Assembly: GCF_006345805.1 (NCBI RefSeq)
Contig: NC_043000.1
Coordinates: 98,394,001-98,458,000, forward strand
Reading direction: 5' to 3'
Origin: Octopus sinensis
Lineage: Eukaryota
Length of the DNA: 64,000 nt
Every line of letters starts with the position of its first letter. Position 1 is the first letter of the stretch. The notes under the pieces are model-generated. The model did not search any database and had not been told where the DNA came from. It worked only from the letters and a program-made list of their open reading frames with translations. A program made the position numbers and the translations under genes. Positions 27,008 through 39,518 of this stretch are shown in pieces.

Positions 27008-28285
27008 TGTTATTTCTCTAAAGTATATTGGTTGAGATATGAATAATTTTCCTTGACTGCAAACGACCATGCTCCATTACCTCCTATACCCACCGATGCT
27101 GTACTCCTCTAACATACAGTGCAATAGGGCATCAGTGACCAGTTGGTGACTTTGCAACTAAATATTTTCCTTGATATATAATAATATGTAATATTAAAAA
27201 TATTAACATATTGTGACTAATGTAACAATTTATATCTTCTAAATAATAGGCTAATAAATAACTTAATGACAAAACCAATTTGAAACTAAGGCAAGCCGAA
27301 TTTAAAAAAAAGGCAGTGCCATCCAAAGCTAATGGTGAGAAGAGAAGCGGAAACCGCAGACGTCGTCTGCTTACAATAGAGTGAACTCAATTAGGGTACT
27401 CAAAGAATAAATGATATTTATCTTCCACGCAACAACGGGTAGATAGGTCACCTTGAAGCAATAGTAAAAGTTATTTGTCGCTCAGAGGGATGGGACCTCA
27501 AAGCATGTAAAGCGAGCTACTGAAACTCACAGATACGTTCGCATCTACTTGATATAATTTAAAGATTTGTATATATATATATATACATCAGAAGATTAGA
27601 AATCCACATCACAAAAGTGAAAGTTCTTCAAGTAATTTTATGTAATCTACAAACTAATTATTGTTTCACATAGGCACTATACTTGAGAAAAGCTGTACAT
27701 AAAACTGACTGAGTGTAATTGCAACATATTCTACACCTTTTTAGACACATCAGTACTGAGTGTTCATCTCGAAAATACCACTCTGACACCGTCTTGTAAT
27801 TGCTGGCAATTTCAGATGTTGCCATTGTTAGCATCTGGTTTTACTCTGATCAAGCAGGTACTGTATTCAAGGACGTTCCAGATGCTAACACAGCACTTTG
27901 AATAACTTTGACTCTCATGTCTGTGTCATATCCTTTCCTTTAAGACGGCAGGGGTGGTCTAAGGTTAAGCAACATGTTCAAAATAGCACTCCGTGCATAA
28001 ATCCTCGTTGGCGTGTTACTACAACCTACTTAAAGAATACAAGACAAAGTCATTAATAGTCATGTGACCGTATCCAAGGTAACAAAAGATAAACTGAGCT
28101 GATAATATGACTGGGCTCGTATGATGGGCCATTTGAGCAAAACTGTGTAGTTTAAGAATTCAACTAGTATCGACTCCAGATATATTTAGTAAAGTGATTC
28201 CAAACTTTGTATCGATTAACTAAGTCTATCATCAAGACATCATTGCATTTACTATATATAGAAATATACAACGGGGGATACGTAC

Positions 28286-28504
28286 ATTGTGTTTGTTTCG
28301 GAATATATTGGTTTAGGTTCAAGACAGTAATAGTTTCCCGTGAACGATTGCTTGCTAATATCTGCTCTGTTTTCATACCAGTCACAGGTTTATTAGAAAT
28401 ATACCATAAATAGGTGATGTTTGGAAAATCATAATTTGTGTAACATGTTAAGGACACGCTATTAGAGGTTAGTAACTCCGCTGCAATTCGTGTCACTCGG
28501 GGCC
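28286..28504 (-). CDS. Ig cassette 0, exon A (strands A-E of an Ig-like domain)
   Basis: Acceptor tattttTCAG, donor GTACGT; 219 nt, phase 1-1; GPRVTRIAAELLTSNSVSLTCYTNYDFPNITYLWYISNKPVTGMKTEQILASNRSRETITVLNLNQYIPKQTQ, with the Ig B-strand Cys (VSLTC) and C-strand Trp (YLWY). Confidence 0.85.
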
Positions 28505-29289
28505 CTGAAAAATAAGATTATAAAATATATAAATAAAGTGCTGATATTCATATAAAGGTTTGACTTTCTCACAATAAACTTACGACTTTGAGAAAATATA
28601 AGTTTAACATACATTCACACAAAGACTTGTTCATATTTTAGAAATGAATTACTATATTTTTAAGAAATGACTCAAGTATCAAGCAAATAATCCACGAAAG
28701 AGGTAAAGTAAGAATCAATATACCTGCTTCTGTGATGAGAAACGTACTAAAGATATTGTGTATAAACATTTAATACAATTAAACAATTTATCGGCACGTC
28801 GTCCGTTACGATGGCGTGTGTTCCAGTTGTATTCAACGGAACAGCTTGCTCGTGAAACTGACATGCAAGCGGCTGAGCACTCTCATGTCACGTGTACCCT
28901 TAATGTAGTTCACAGGGGTACAGTGTCTGTTTCAAGGACAACGCGCTGCCGGGGTTAGAAATCACGATCATGACCGAATACCCTGACCACTAAGTTGCGC
29001 GTCAGCACAATTAAACAATACATAGTAATTAAATACACACATTAATATGTTCTAAATAGAATTGCTGTGGTAATTGTTTCAAATTTCGTAATGAGAGCAA
29101 AATGATGGAAGTATCCAAACCTTGTTTTGGGTATGCCTTGAATCTATGTGTGCGTATGTTTATGTACGTGCAAGTAAAAATGTATATGCATATATAAGTG
29201 TATACATATGTATGTGTACGTTCGTGTAAGAAATCCACTCACAAGGCTATAGTGTCTAAGAATTGTATACGGGATATCCCACACAATTC

Positions 29290-30000
29290 GGTAAATTTCT
29301 GTATTAACACCCTCACGATTTTCACTAAAAAAAAGAAAGAAAAAACTTGGATTGCTTGTGTGGAATCAAGTACCCTGAGCTCCTAATATGCTGCAAAATC
29401 CTTCTTTTGGTTCGGAAAAAAGGGGAGAGGTGATGGGTGAGGACCCGCCTCACATCCCGAAATCATTGGAATTTTTTCTTCTCTGAATGAATTCCTGTGA
29501 CCTAATATGCTACAAAACCCTTTTGGGGGTCCGAAAAACGGGGTGAAAGCCTCGGAAATTTCACCCCACCTCCATTGATCTTTTGATCAGCACGATTTTC
29601 GCTAAGGAAAATAAATTCGGAATTTTTGGGCGTGGAATCAAGTACCCTGATCTCCTAATATGCTGCAAATCCCTTATTGTGGTTCGGAAAAAAGGAGGCG
29701 GTCGGCCCCCGTTTTTCGCGAGGGTGAAAAAATCAATGGGGGTGGGGGTAAAATTTCCTAGGCTTCCACCTCACCGCATCCCGTTATTCGGGCCCCCAAA
29801 AGGGTTTTGTAGCATATTAGGAGGTCACAGGAATTCATTCAACGAAAACAAAAAGAAATTCCAATAAGCCCTCTCCCTCTTTTTTCGAACTAAAATAAAG
29901 GATTTGCAGCATATTAAGAGATCAGAGTACTTGATTCCACGCAAAAGATCCGAGTTTTTATTTTTAGTGAAGATCGTGCGCGTTAATACAGAAATTTACC
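29290..30000. mobile_element. Non-autonomous DNA transposon (MITE) with long TIRs and an 8-bp TSD, Merlin-like ends
   Basis: TIR GGTAAATTTCTGTATTAAC...GTTAATACAGAAATTTACC; CACAATTC duplicated at 29282-29289 and 30001-30008. Confidence 0.85.
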
Positions 30001-30929
30001 CACAATTCTAAGACATCATGCACATATGCACCTTACTTTATCCTAAAGCCAATCCTTAAAATCCCCCCTACCTCACTCTATCTACCTCTCTTTATTTTCT
30101 TTATTTTACTTTTACCAATTAATAGCCAACTCCGCTACCATTCTGTTATTGAACGTTGATATGTTCGTGTCTTTTTCTTGGGATGTCTACTATATCAGGA
30201 CTTTAACTAACATGGATATGAGCAGGATTGCACATAAAGACTTACGCTCATGGATCTATGCAGGATTGCGACTAAGGACTCATGCTCTGTTGTCTATAAC
30301 TTCGAAAAGTTGAACTATGAACTTTTGTACTTCTTTTTCTTCTCTTTTTCCATTTCCTTATTCTGTTACTCCCTTCCTCTATGTTATCATCTTATTAATA
30401 TATACCATACTCATTTTCCATATCCCCTCACCACTATTTATCTCTGATGTCGGAATATCCCATATTCGGGGATATACCAGAAACAGCTGTAAGATTTTGA
30501 ATTTCTTCCTATAATAATACCGTATATGAATTGAAATGTTTACCTTGCCCTAATGTTTGCAGTCTCGTTTAACAATTATATATCCGCTGCATCGGAAATC
30601 TACAATGGCTCCATAACTACGGTCTCGGCAATAACCTTGGAGCCCCAGTAATCTGTGTGTCTTTGGGAAGCGTGTCCGCCCGAAAATTTTTTGGAATTCT
30701 CTATGACTGTGTTTGTGCCCTTTCAAGTGGATGTTTACCATAAAGGATAGGATTGCAGCTGGAGTTGGATGGAATACGATTTGTGCTGCGGAGGACTACC
30801 AGTTTGGATTACCAGTAGCAGAATTGTGTTGTGTTGCCATTTTGGACTATCTCCTTTCACTCTTTCTGCTCCTGTCTGTCTTTCTGATATTTTTTGAGTT
30901 TCTTTATAGACTTTCATTTTAGCCTTTGA

Positions 30930-31450
30930 TTTTTGTTTGTGGATTATTATTTTGTTTAGGCTATCAACATGGCAACTATGAAATCCGCTTTGGAGTGGTA
31001 AATTCTGGCTCCCAAAGAATGGTTAAAAAATATGCGAAGTATGGAACTGTGTGTGTACTTTTTGACACCTCTGCGGAAGCTCGTGATTTTGCGAGCATGC
31101 CGTTGGAGGGGGAGAAAATTGTGTTTCTCCCTACTTATGGTGGTAGAAAGTTGACAAGAGCCTGTGTGTGTGTGGGCTGCCACCCAGTATAGAGGCCGAG
31201 TAGATAGAGGACACTATCCGTCGGGGCCTGGGTGGCGCCCTGCCAGACTCTAAAATATAAAAATGTTGCCTGCAGTTGATTGGGTCGGGTCAAAAGCAAT
31301 TTTGATCCTATGGACCCAATCAGCCGATGATCTGGTTTTACCAGATTTTTCAACAATGGCCGGTTCCAGGTACCCGGTGATGGTTGAGGGACGTCTCCCC
31401 AAGTGCCACCTGTGCTTGGAATCTCCTCCCCCATTACCGAAAGTTGAATA
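30930..31450 (+). mobile_element. Remnant of an L1/Tx1-like ORF1 (gag-like, zinc knuckle)
   Basis: KYGTVCVLFDTSAEARDFA...FLPTYGGRKL and YPVMVEGRLPKCHLC; frameshifted. Confidence 0.55.
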
Positions 31451-31723
31451 GTTATCTCCCTTACCCACAACAATAAAAATAATAACGACCACCAATTACT
31501 TCCCTTTATTTATCTACATGTATTTTATCTACAAGTCATTGACTCGTGAATTTCATCACGCACAACACGGACAAAATTTTTTCTTAAGAAAAAATATATA
31601 TTCAAATAAGTAAAACATAATATCATGAATAGCGATTGCGAAACCGGTCGATATATTAAAAATTATATAAAACTATGTAAGTGTGCGCATTTTCTTTTTT
31701 AATTTCTTATATATATGTACGTG

Positions 31724-31870
<147 letters not shown>

Positions 31871-32553
31871 TGTGTATGTAAGTATATATGTATATGTATA
31901 TTTGCATGTGTAGGTGTGTGTATACCAAATCCAAAGAAGCAAACCACACCCACACCAAGTTTTCGACCATGTTGCCATGAAGGGCCAACCAAATCTAAAG
32001 ACGCGAACCATACCCACACCAAATTCTCGACCATGTTGCCGCGATGTCCAACCATCAAAGAATTCCTCAAACTTTAGACCACTTTTCATTGAAAAGCCAT
32101 TCTGACCTTACCATCTATTCTTTCTATTTTATTTTTTGCAGTATTTAACTACCACTTCCTGAATATATACCAGCAATCCTGCCTCATTAAAGGATTTGCG
32201 AACTGCTATAAATGCGCGCATCATATCAGCCACATTCTGCTACACAGAGTAGCGAAATGTACATAATGTAACGCCGTAACGTATTATGTAACCGGATGAA
32301 GTTTCTTCTGTACTGTGCGATGCATTTAATTCCATTAGATCGTTTCTCACCCACTAGGGGGTAGTGGAGATGTAAGCCAAAATGGTCGTCGTGCTAAATA
32401 AAGCTTACAATACACTGTTTCCCCTATCAAGTATTTAATACACACATACACGCACAGGCATATGTATACATAAAGCGGTTTAACATGGTATATACATACA
32501 TGTATATGGGTGTTATATGTTAATGAAAGAAGCAAAGAAAAAATCCAATATAC

Positions 32554-32619
32554 CTGTTGGAACCGGAGTGGTTGTCTTTGGGCCGAGTGTAGTAATTAAC
32601 GTTGTTTGTGAATCATTCA
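32554..32619 (-). CDS. Thr/Pro-rich mucin-like linker exon 2 (paralogue of 35911-35991)
   Basis: Acceptor cctttTTAG, donor GTATAT; 66 nt, phase 1-1; (V)NDSQTTLITTLGPKTTTPVPT. Flanking intron sequence is homologous to that of linker exon 1. Confidence 0.7.
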
Positions 32620-33131
32620 CTAAAAAGGTATAATAATATCATTATGTATAATATTTCATATTATATACAGTCATTACTATATATATGTTATAGAGTATGA
32701 AGTCATTTCTCAGAAAAACTAACATACACACATACATACATACATACATACATACATACATACATACATACATACATACATACATACATACATACATACA
32801 TACATACATACATACACACACACATACATACATCGAAACCTCCAGTTTCTATACCAAGATTATAAATTCACATTTATACCCTTAAAAATGATGTACTTGC
32901 TTTTGTGAGTAAATGCCTATTTGACACATATGAATAAGCTGGGGTTTTCAGAAAAAAAAATCAACTAGCTAATCCGTACATTCCAAATACAGTCTGTAAG
33001 CAGAACAATAAAAATGCGAGTTTGTTTTTGTTATATATATTCCAGCGATAGAGCTTTCTTTGTACCTTTGTCGAAATACAACTCTTTCCATATTAGGTGA
33101 TTTCAAATAATTAAATAAGACAGAACTACAC

Positions 33132-33172
<41 letters not shown>

Positions 33173-34124
33173 CATACATACATTCATGCATGTAGACATG
33201 CATACATACATTTATGTGGGCGTGTAAGCCTGTATGTATTATTTATACAATAAAATATTGCATTGAAGACTGCAGCATGAAGTAGATATATGATATTCAC
33301 GGTCCTGTTGAATATTCTGTTATCTTATTTTCACTGTGCATAGATGCTGCTGCTTCTTAATTGCTAACATGGGAGCGTGTATATGAAGCTCAACTTGCAA
33401 AAGTGCTGGCCAAAACAGGCCTTGCATCAGACGCATCCAAAAATAAATCTAGATGAGGTGATGACTGTTGCAGTTCTTTGAACATAGGTCAGTCAGTACT
33501 GACACAGTTCTAGCGGCATTTGCAGCTGCAACAACAACAACAACAACAATAACAACACAATGACAACAACGACAAAGGCGACAATGACGACGACATCAAC
33601 AAAGGCAATGACACTAATCTTATCACCTGATGAAAATTTTACAAATGTTTGTAACTCGGAGACAAATTCTAAAATATCAAAATACCACGGCTGCAAACCA
33701 TTTGAATTAAACTTCAGAGTCATTTCCAAGTATTTCACAAGGCTCAATCATGATAGAGTTACATGAGCTTTAGTTGGTTGTAGCTGATTAGCTCTTTATC
33801 AGCTCTGAACGAACACGTATTCGGAAGCCTTTATTAACAATGATACAGTTCTTTATACTTGATTCTTAAGGGAGACTTAGAGCTTTGTAGCGACAGTTGT
33901 GTTCCACAATTGATAGTTGTCAATTGTGGAACACGACTGTCCCAACTACTACATAAACCTGATGATAGCTTTAACACATGGAAGTACTAGTTTTATTAAA
34001 ATAAATATATAATATTCTGTCATTATTATTTTGAAAAATTGTAAAAGTTTTAAATAATAAAACGTGAAATCAGACTACGTTGGAATTTTGCTGATTAATA
34101 TCTTCTTCTAAACAATCATAAAAA

Positions 34125-34191
<67 letters not shown>

Positions 34192-34352
34192 TAATTGTTA
34201 TCGCCATATTAATATGGCATTCTTATAGATATAAGAATAATCGCTGCCGCTGGTCAGCTCCATGAGGCCACCGCCATCAAGATAGCTATTGATACACGAT
34301 CTGTATCCATTATAACCTTCGAACAAGGGAGGTCAGCCGCTTCACACTGCCA

Positions 34353-34412
34353 GTCTGACAGCTACAGACGCGTTTCGGGGTATTGCCCCTTGTCAATGTA
34401 GCGCAGTCAGAC
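34353..34412 (-). ncRNA. Minimal type I hammerhead ribozyme, U3-A8 core variant (copy 1)
   Basis: GUCUGACugc-GCUACA-UUGACAA-GGGG caaua CCCC-GAAA-CGCG-UC/UGUAGC-u-GUCAGAC. Confidence 0.85.
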
Positions 34413-34716
34413 CTGCAGGTGTCGCCACTGACGTCTCTGTTCGAAGGTTTCTATTTACCTAGTTTCAGTGGAATACATCCACTTGTTTTCAATAATAGAA
34501 ATATTAAAATTACTAAGTCTCTATAAAAGAGATTACGGCAGCGTTTACTGGAAATTAATTGTTATCGCCATATTAATATGGCATTCTTATAGATATAAGA
34601 ATAATCGCTGCCGCTGGTCAGCTCCATGAGTCCACCGCCATCAAGATAGCTATTGATACACGATCTGTATCCATTATAACCTTCGAACAAGGGAGGTCAG
34701 CCGCTTCACACTGCCA

Positions 34717-34776
34717 GTCCGACAGCTACAGACGCGTTTCGGGGTATTGCCCCTTATCAATGTAGCGCAGTCAGAC
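34717..34776 (-). ncRNA. Minimal type I hammerhead ribozyme, U3-A8 core variant (copy 2)
   Basis: Same fold as copy 1; core UUGAUAA, differing only at the freely variable position 7. Confidence 0.85.
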
Positions 34777-34890
34777 CTGCAGGTGTCGCCACTGACGTCT
34801 CTGTTCGAAGGTTTCTATTTACATAGTTTCAGTGGAATACATCCACTTGTTTTCAATAATAGAAATATTAAAATTACTAAGTCTCTATAA

Positions 34891-34950
34891 GTCTGACTGC
34901 GCTACATTGACAAGGGGCAGTACCCCGAAACGCGTCTGTAGCTGTCGGAC
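34891..34950 (+). ncRNA. Minimal type I hammerhead ribozyme, U3-A8 core variant (inverted copy 3)
   Basis: gtctgactgc-GCTACA-TTGACAA-GGGG cagta CCCC-GAAA-CGCG-TC/TGTAGC-tgtcggac; predicted cleavage after 34936. Confidence 0.85.
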
Positions 34951-35172
34951 TGGCAGTGTGAAGCGGCTGACCTCCCTCGTTCGAAGGTTATAATGGATAC
35001 AGATCGTGTATCAATAGCTATCTTGATGGCGGTGGCCTCATGGAGCTGACCAGCGGCAGCGATTATTCTTATATCTATAAGAATGCCATATTAATATGGC
35101 GATAACAATTAATTTCCAGTAAACGCTGCCGTAATCTCTTTTATAGAGACTTAGTAATTTTAATATTTCTAT

Positions 35173-35204
<32 letters not shown>

Positions 35205-35209
35205 ATATA

Positions 35210-35277
<68 letters not shown>

Positions 35278-35399
35278 TAAAATAAAAAAGAGTGAAAACA
35301 CTACAGAAGGCTTGTGTTATAAGGTTAAAGAATATATTTAAGTCGTTATGTCAGAAAAATGTTATAAAATTTTGTGTATAGTAACATAGTTTTTGGAGA

Positions 35400-35800
35400 A
35401 ATAACCGGTTTCGTATAGTCTTTTCAAATTTCTCAAATTTCTTTACCTACATCGTGTCATATCTTCGCATGAAGTGAAGAGTTACAGGCAGGAGAAAGTA
35501 ATCAGGGATTTCTTCTAGTATAAGGGAGATAATCGTTTTATATTTTTTTATATTTTTTTCAATGAGATGAGTTTCCTTGTATAAAAATGTTAGAATGGTT
35601 AAGTTTTGGTTTATATTTTTCAATGAAGAATGTTTCCTCATTTAATCTAATTTGTGTAGGTGCTCCAATAGCACATTGATAGAATGGTGGAAAGATTAAA
35701 AATTGTGGTAGTAGTTGCTTTGCGCATTTCTCAATATGTTCACTAAAGGGCATCATTCTGTATTCTGGGAATGCAATCCTTATCTCTCCTTCTGATTTCC
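35400..35800 (-). mobile_element. Penelope-like 3' remnant (GIY-YIG C-terminus)
   Basis: FSEHIEKCAK...FLIFPPFYQC...IRLNEETFFIEKYKPKLN. Confidence 0.65.
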
Positions 35801-35910
35801 TATGTGTGTGTTTAATATCACACACACACACACAAACACACATGCACATTCACATACACGCACACACAAACATATTAATGAAAGAAGCAAAGAGGAAAAA
35901 TCCAATATAC

Positions 35911-35991
35911 CTGTTACTGTGGGGTCTGTTGTAACCGGATTGGTTGACAGTGGGTCGTGTGTAACGATTATCGTCGATTGTGAATCAAACG
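35911..35991 (-). CDS. Thr/Pro-rich mucin-like linker exon 1
   Basis: Acceptor cttttTTAG, donor GTATAT; 81 nt, phase 1-1; (T)FDSQSTIIVTHDPLSTNPVTTDPTVT. Confidence 0.7.
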
Positions 35992-36104
35992 CTAAAAAAG
36001 ATATAATAATATCATTACGTTTAATATTTCACATTATATGCAATTGGTAAAATCGCTCTAGTTTTCTGGGGTTATTTTTTACGTCAAACCTGAACTCTTT
36101 ACCG

Positions 36105-36700
36105 AAATGGTATATATATATATAAAAGAACTAGAGTGCTTTCATCAACAGAAGCTCCGTTTTATTATGAATATCAAATGCAATGACAATGTGACCGATG
36201 ACTCCGTTTTAGAGGGAACGAAAAGCAACAGCACCATCGCGGCCATCATCCTGAAGCATCATCTGAGATGGGCGGGCCTCATAGCAAAAATGAAAGAGAC
36301 CAGACTGCGTCGTCAAATTTTATATAGTGAACTTTCCACTAGAAGAAGACTGCGTGGCCATCCCCTCCGTCGACACAAGCATCAGCTGAAGTAAAGCCTA
36401 AAACTGACTGGAATCGATCCCAAAGCCTGGGACATTAAAATTCAGGATAGGCCCGGCTGGCATCATTCCATCTCCACTGTGATAGTTCATTTTGAAGCTG
36501 AACGACAGAGGAAAGAAGAGAAACAACAAGTAAGAAAATGGAAGCTGCAACAACCAAAGCCCCCACCACGGATACCTTGAAAACTTTGCAATAGACGCTT
36601 CCATGAAAAAAACATCCTCATTAACCATCAGAGGCATAAACACGGACAGACGGGAAGAAGCAGTCAAGAAGAAGCCAAATAAATTATCAGACACACGATA
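36105..36700 (+). mobile_element. RTE-clade LINE fragment
   Basis: LECFHQQKLRFIMNIK, HLRWAGLIAKMKETRLRRQILYSEL...RGHP. Confidence 0.85.
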
Positions 36701-38233
36701 AAACGCCACCGCCGACGATGACGCTATGCAGTCATTACTATGTATATATTATAAAGAATATTACTCTACCTCCGGTATTTGAGTACTATTTTTCCTATCT
36801 TGTTTCAGATTTATGTGCTTACTCTGGTGTATTATAAAGTATGAAGTTATTTCATCCTCGGACGTTCTAAATGGAACTGCAGTGGTGATCATTTCAGATT
36901 TCAGTGTCGTTCAACAAGCAAACAGAAAATTGATAACTTTTTATTGATACAAGTAAGCATATGATGAAAACCTTTCTTGCAATGGCCGTACATTGTTTTC
37001 AGGTTTATTTAGGACGGTTGCCTAATATATTTTTCCTACTAAAGTCAACATACATACATTCGTACATATCCTTTAAATTCGTCTACAGGAAACGATTTTG
37101 ATTATGCATATAAAAGCACCTAATCTATCATGCTGGCTACAACCTAATGATACCAACTGACACAACATCTGGTACTAAAGTTAAATGGTTTGACCTTAGT
37201 TAAACCAACAAACTATACTACCCATCCTAACATCTGCATACTCAAATATCAAAATATATCTAACATTACCACACAAACCACCCTCTCCTTTATGACTACC
37301 ATTCCTTTCTCTATTTCCATCACAATTCACTCCCCAATTATACACAGAACTTCCCACACACCTCAGTCAACCTTTTCAGTATCAGCTGTCCACAGCCAGC
37401 AGACTAAGATGACACTTGTTTACTGGTCATGCTTCAAGAACCCTGCGAAGAATTTTTGCAGTTCCAAGAAATGCTGATTTTTCCACCTTCACATTTGTAC
37501 CAATCTGTCTGAGTTATGTTTGTAGTTGAGTGCTGATACTTCTAAGTGCCCACATTACTATTGGTACCACGTCTACTTTCCTCATTCACCCCAACATTCG
37601 TATTTCCCACATCAAATCGTCATAGTTATTTAGTTTTACTTCTTTCTATTTGATCCTGTTGTCACCGGGACATGCAATGTCGATTATTATGCAAGTTCTT
37701 TCTTTTTATTCACCACAACAATGTCTGATCAGGTGATCGCACTGAAAATTTGTAGCCCACAGGATTTTGCCACTCTCATTCTCAGTGACACCTTCTGGAG
37801 TTTGCTCATACCACGTCTTTGCTCTTTGTAGACCATTATTTCTACAGAGCTCCCAATGGATCATTTTTGTGACATGGACCCTATGTAATACATGTGTAAA
37901 ATTTCATTAAAATCAGTTGGGTGGATCTCAAGTTTTAGCAACTTGACAAACATAGAGACAACATCTTGTGTTTTATATATATATATAGATAGAGATTGGG
38001 GAGTTGTAAATATAGTAACTTTAGTCTTTTACTCTTTTATTCATTTCTGTCATTTGACTGCCTTGAAGGATTTAGTCGATCAAATCAGCTCTAATATTAT
38101 TTTTTTTAAGCCTGGTACTTATTCCATCGGTTTCTTTTGTTGAAATACTCTTGTCGAGCCGCTATGGTTACGGAGTCTTAATCAAACCAAGCGGTATGTG
38201 GACAAACTCAAAGATACGCACGCACGCGCACTA

Positions 38234-38265
<32 letters not shown>

Positions 38266-39518
38266 GTACACACACACACACACACCACACACACACACAC
38301 GTACACACGCATTTAAACATAAAATTTCACACCGTATCCGTCTACCAAATACACCTAGAAGGTACAATGTATTCTTCATTTAAAAACGAAAAGTAGGGTT
38401 TCTTATTTGACTGAAATTTAAAATAACTGCATAGTAGCCGCCTAAAGTTGTTATTGCCTGCGCAAATCTGTTTATATCATGTGTTGGTGCGCGCGTTTGA
38501 GAGAAAAAGAAAAGAAGAACGGCAGGAAAAATACACAAGTAAAAAATTGACTATTTTGTTGAAAATGTGTCATTCTTATCATTTTACAGCTGGGGTTCCA
38601 AACCACCAGACCTCACAGAAAGGTAAACTTTTTAATTTATATTTTATTTTATTGACTATTTTTGAATTATAATGCATCATATACGCAATGATTAAGTTAT
38701 ATTTAAAAAGAAAGGTTAAGACTCCCTTCGGTCATAAATGACAATGGAATTGCACCAAGAAAGTTACCCTCCGAAGCACAGGTCTGGACAAGGGTTTATA
38801 GAAGACCAGGGGTCACCCATGCATACCAGTCTCCTCTTTGACGTTATCCAAGGGAAAGGCAAAGGCCGATATATTAACAACTTGGCCCCAGTGACGTCGC
38901 TACTCATTTCTACATATGAGTGAACTGGAGCAACGTGAAATAAAGTGACTTGCTCAAGAACATAACACATAATCCGGTCCGAGAATCGAACTCACTACCT
39001 TACGACTGTGAGCCTATGTACTTTATTTTGTTTTGTTATGCGCGTGATGTCAAGCGCAAAAGGGCTTGCATGAAACCGGTCTGTAAGCAAAAAAGGTTGA
39101 GGGTAGTTATTTTATTAAAGTATTTCTAATAAAACGAAGTACACTGACACAAAGCGTTAGACAATATACTGTGGTATTCATTACATTTCTTTACGTTCAG
39201 ACTTCAATTTCTACCAAGGCTAGTATACTTTTCATCCTTCTGAAAACAATAAAATAAATTAACAGTCATTAAATTAAGTGCAGAATATCAATATAGATAA
39301 AATATAATATATATTTGAAGACGGTACTACAGTTATTCCGAACATTTAAATCGGATCAATAAGGAAATGAAGCTCTGATTTGGCAGTCCTATGACCAAAA
39401 CACTCTAGTAGTGATCATGCCTGCTTAAGTTTTTTCTTTTATAATCGCAGGCATAGCTTTTGATTTAAGTCTGTTCCACCAAAACGAACCTCCGTTAAAG
39501 AAATTATATGCGTCTTAC

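Larger units (their letters stand above)
34188..35173. mobile_element. Hammerhead-bearing 364-bp repeat (retrozyme/pLTR-like): two direct copies plus one inverted partial copy, inserted in (TA)n
   Basis: 34188-34551 and 34552-34890 are direct copies (offset 364); 34891-35173 is the reverse complement of about 34494-34776. Confidence 0.9.

Noticed and set aside
34188-34890. CRISPR-like or satellite array
   Set aside because: Eukaryotic context, only two long units, no repeat-spacer pattern and no cas genes.
35038-35301. ORF overlapping the 364-bp repeat
   Set aside because: It starts in (TA)n and has no homology signal; the repeat is better explained as structured RNA.
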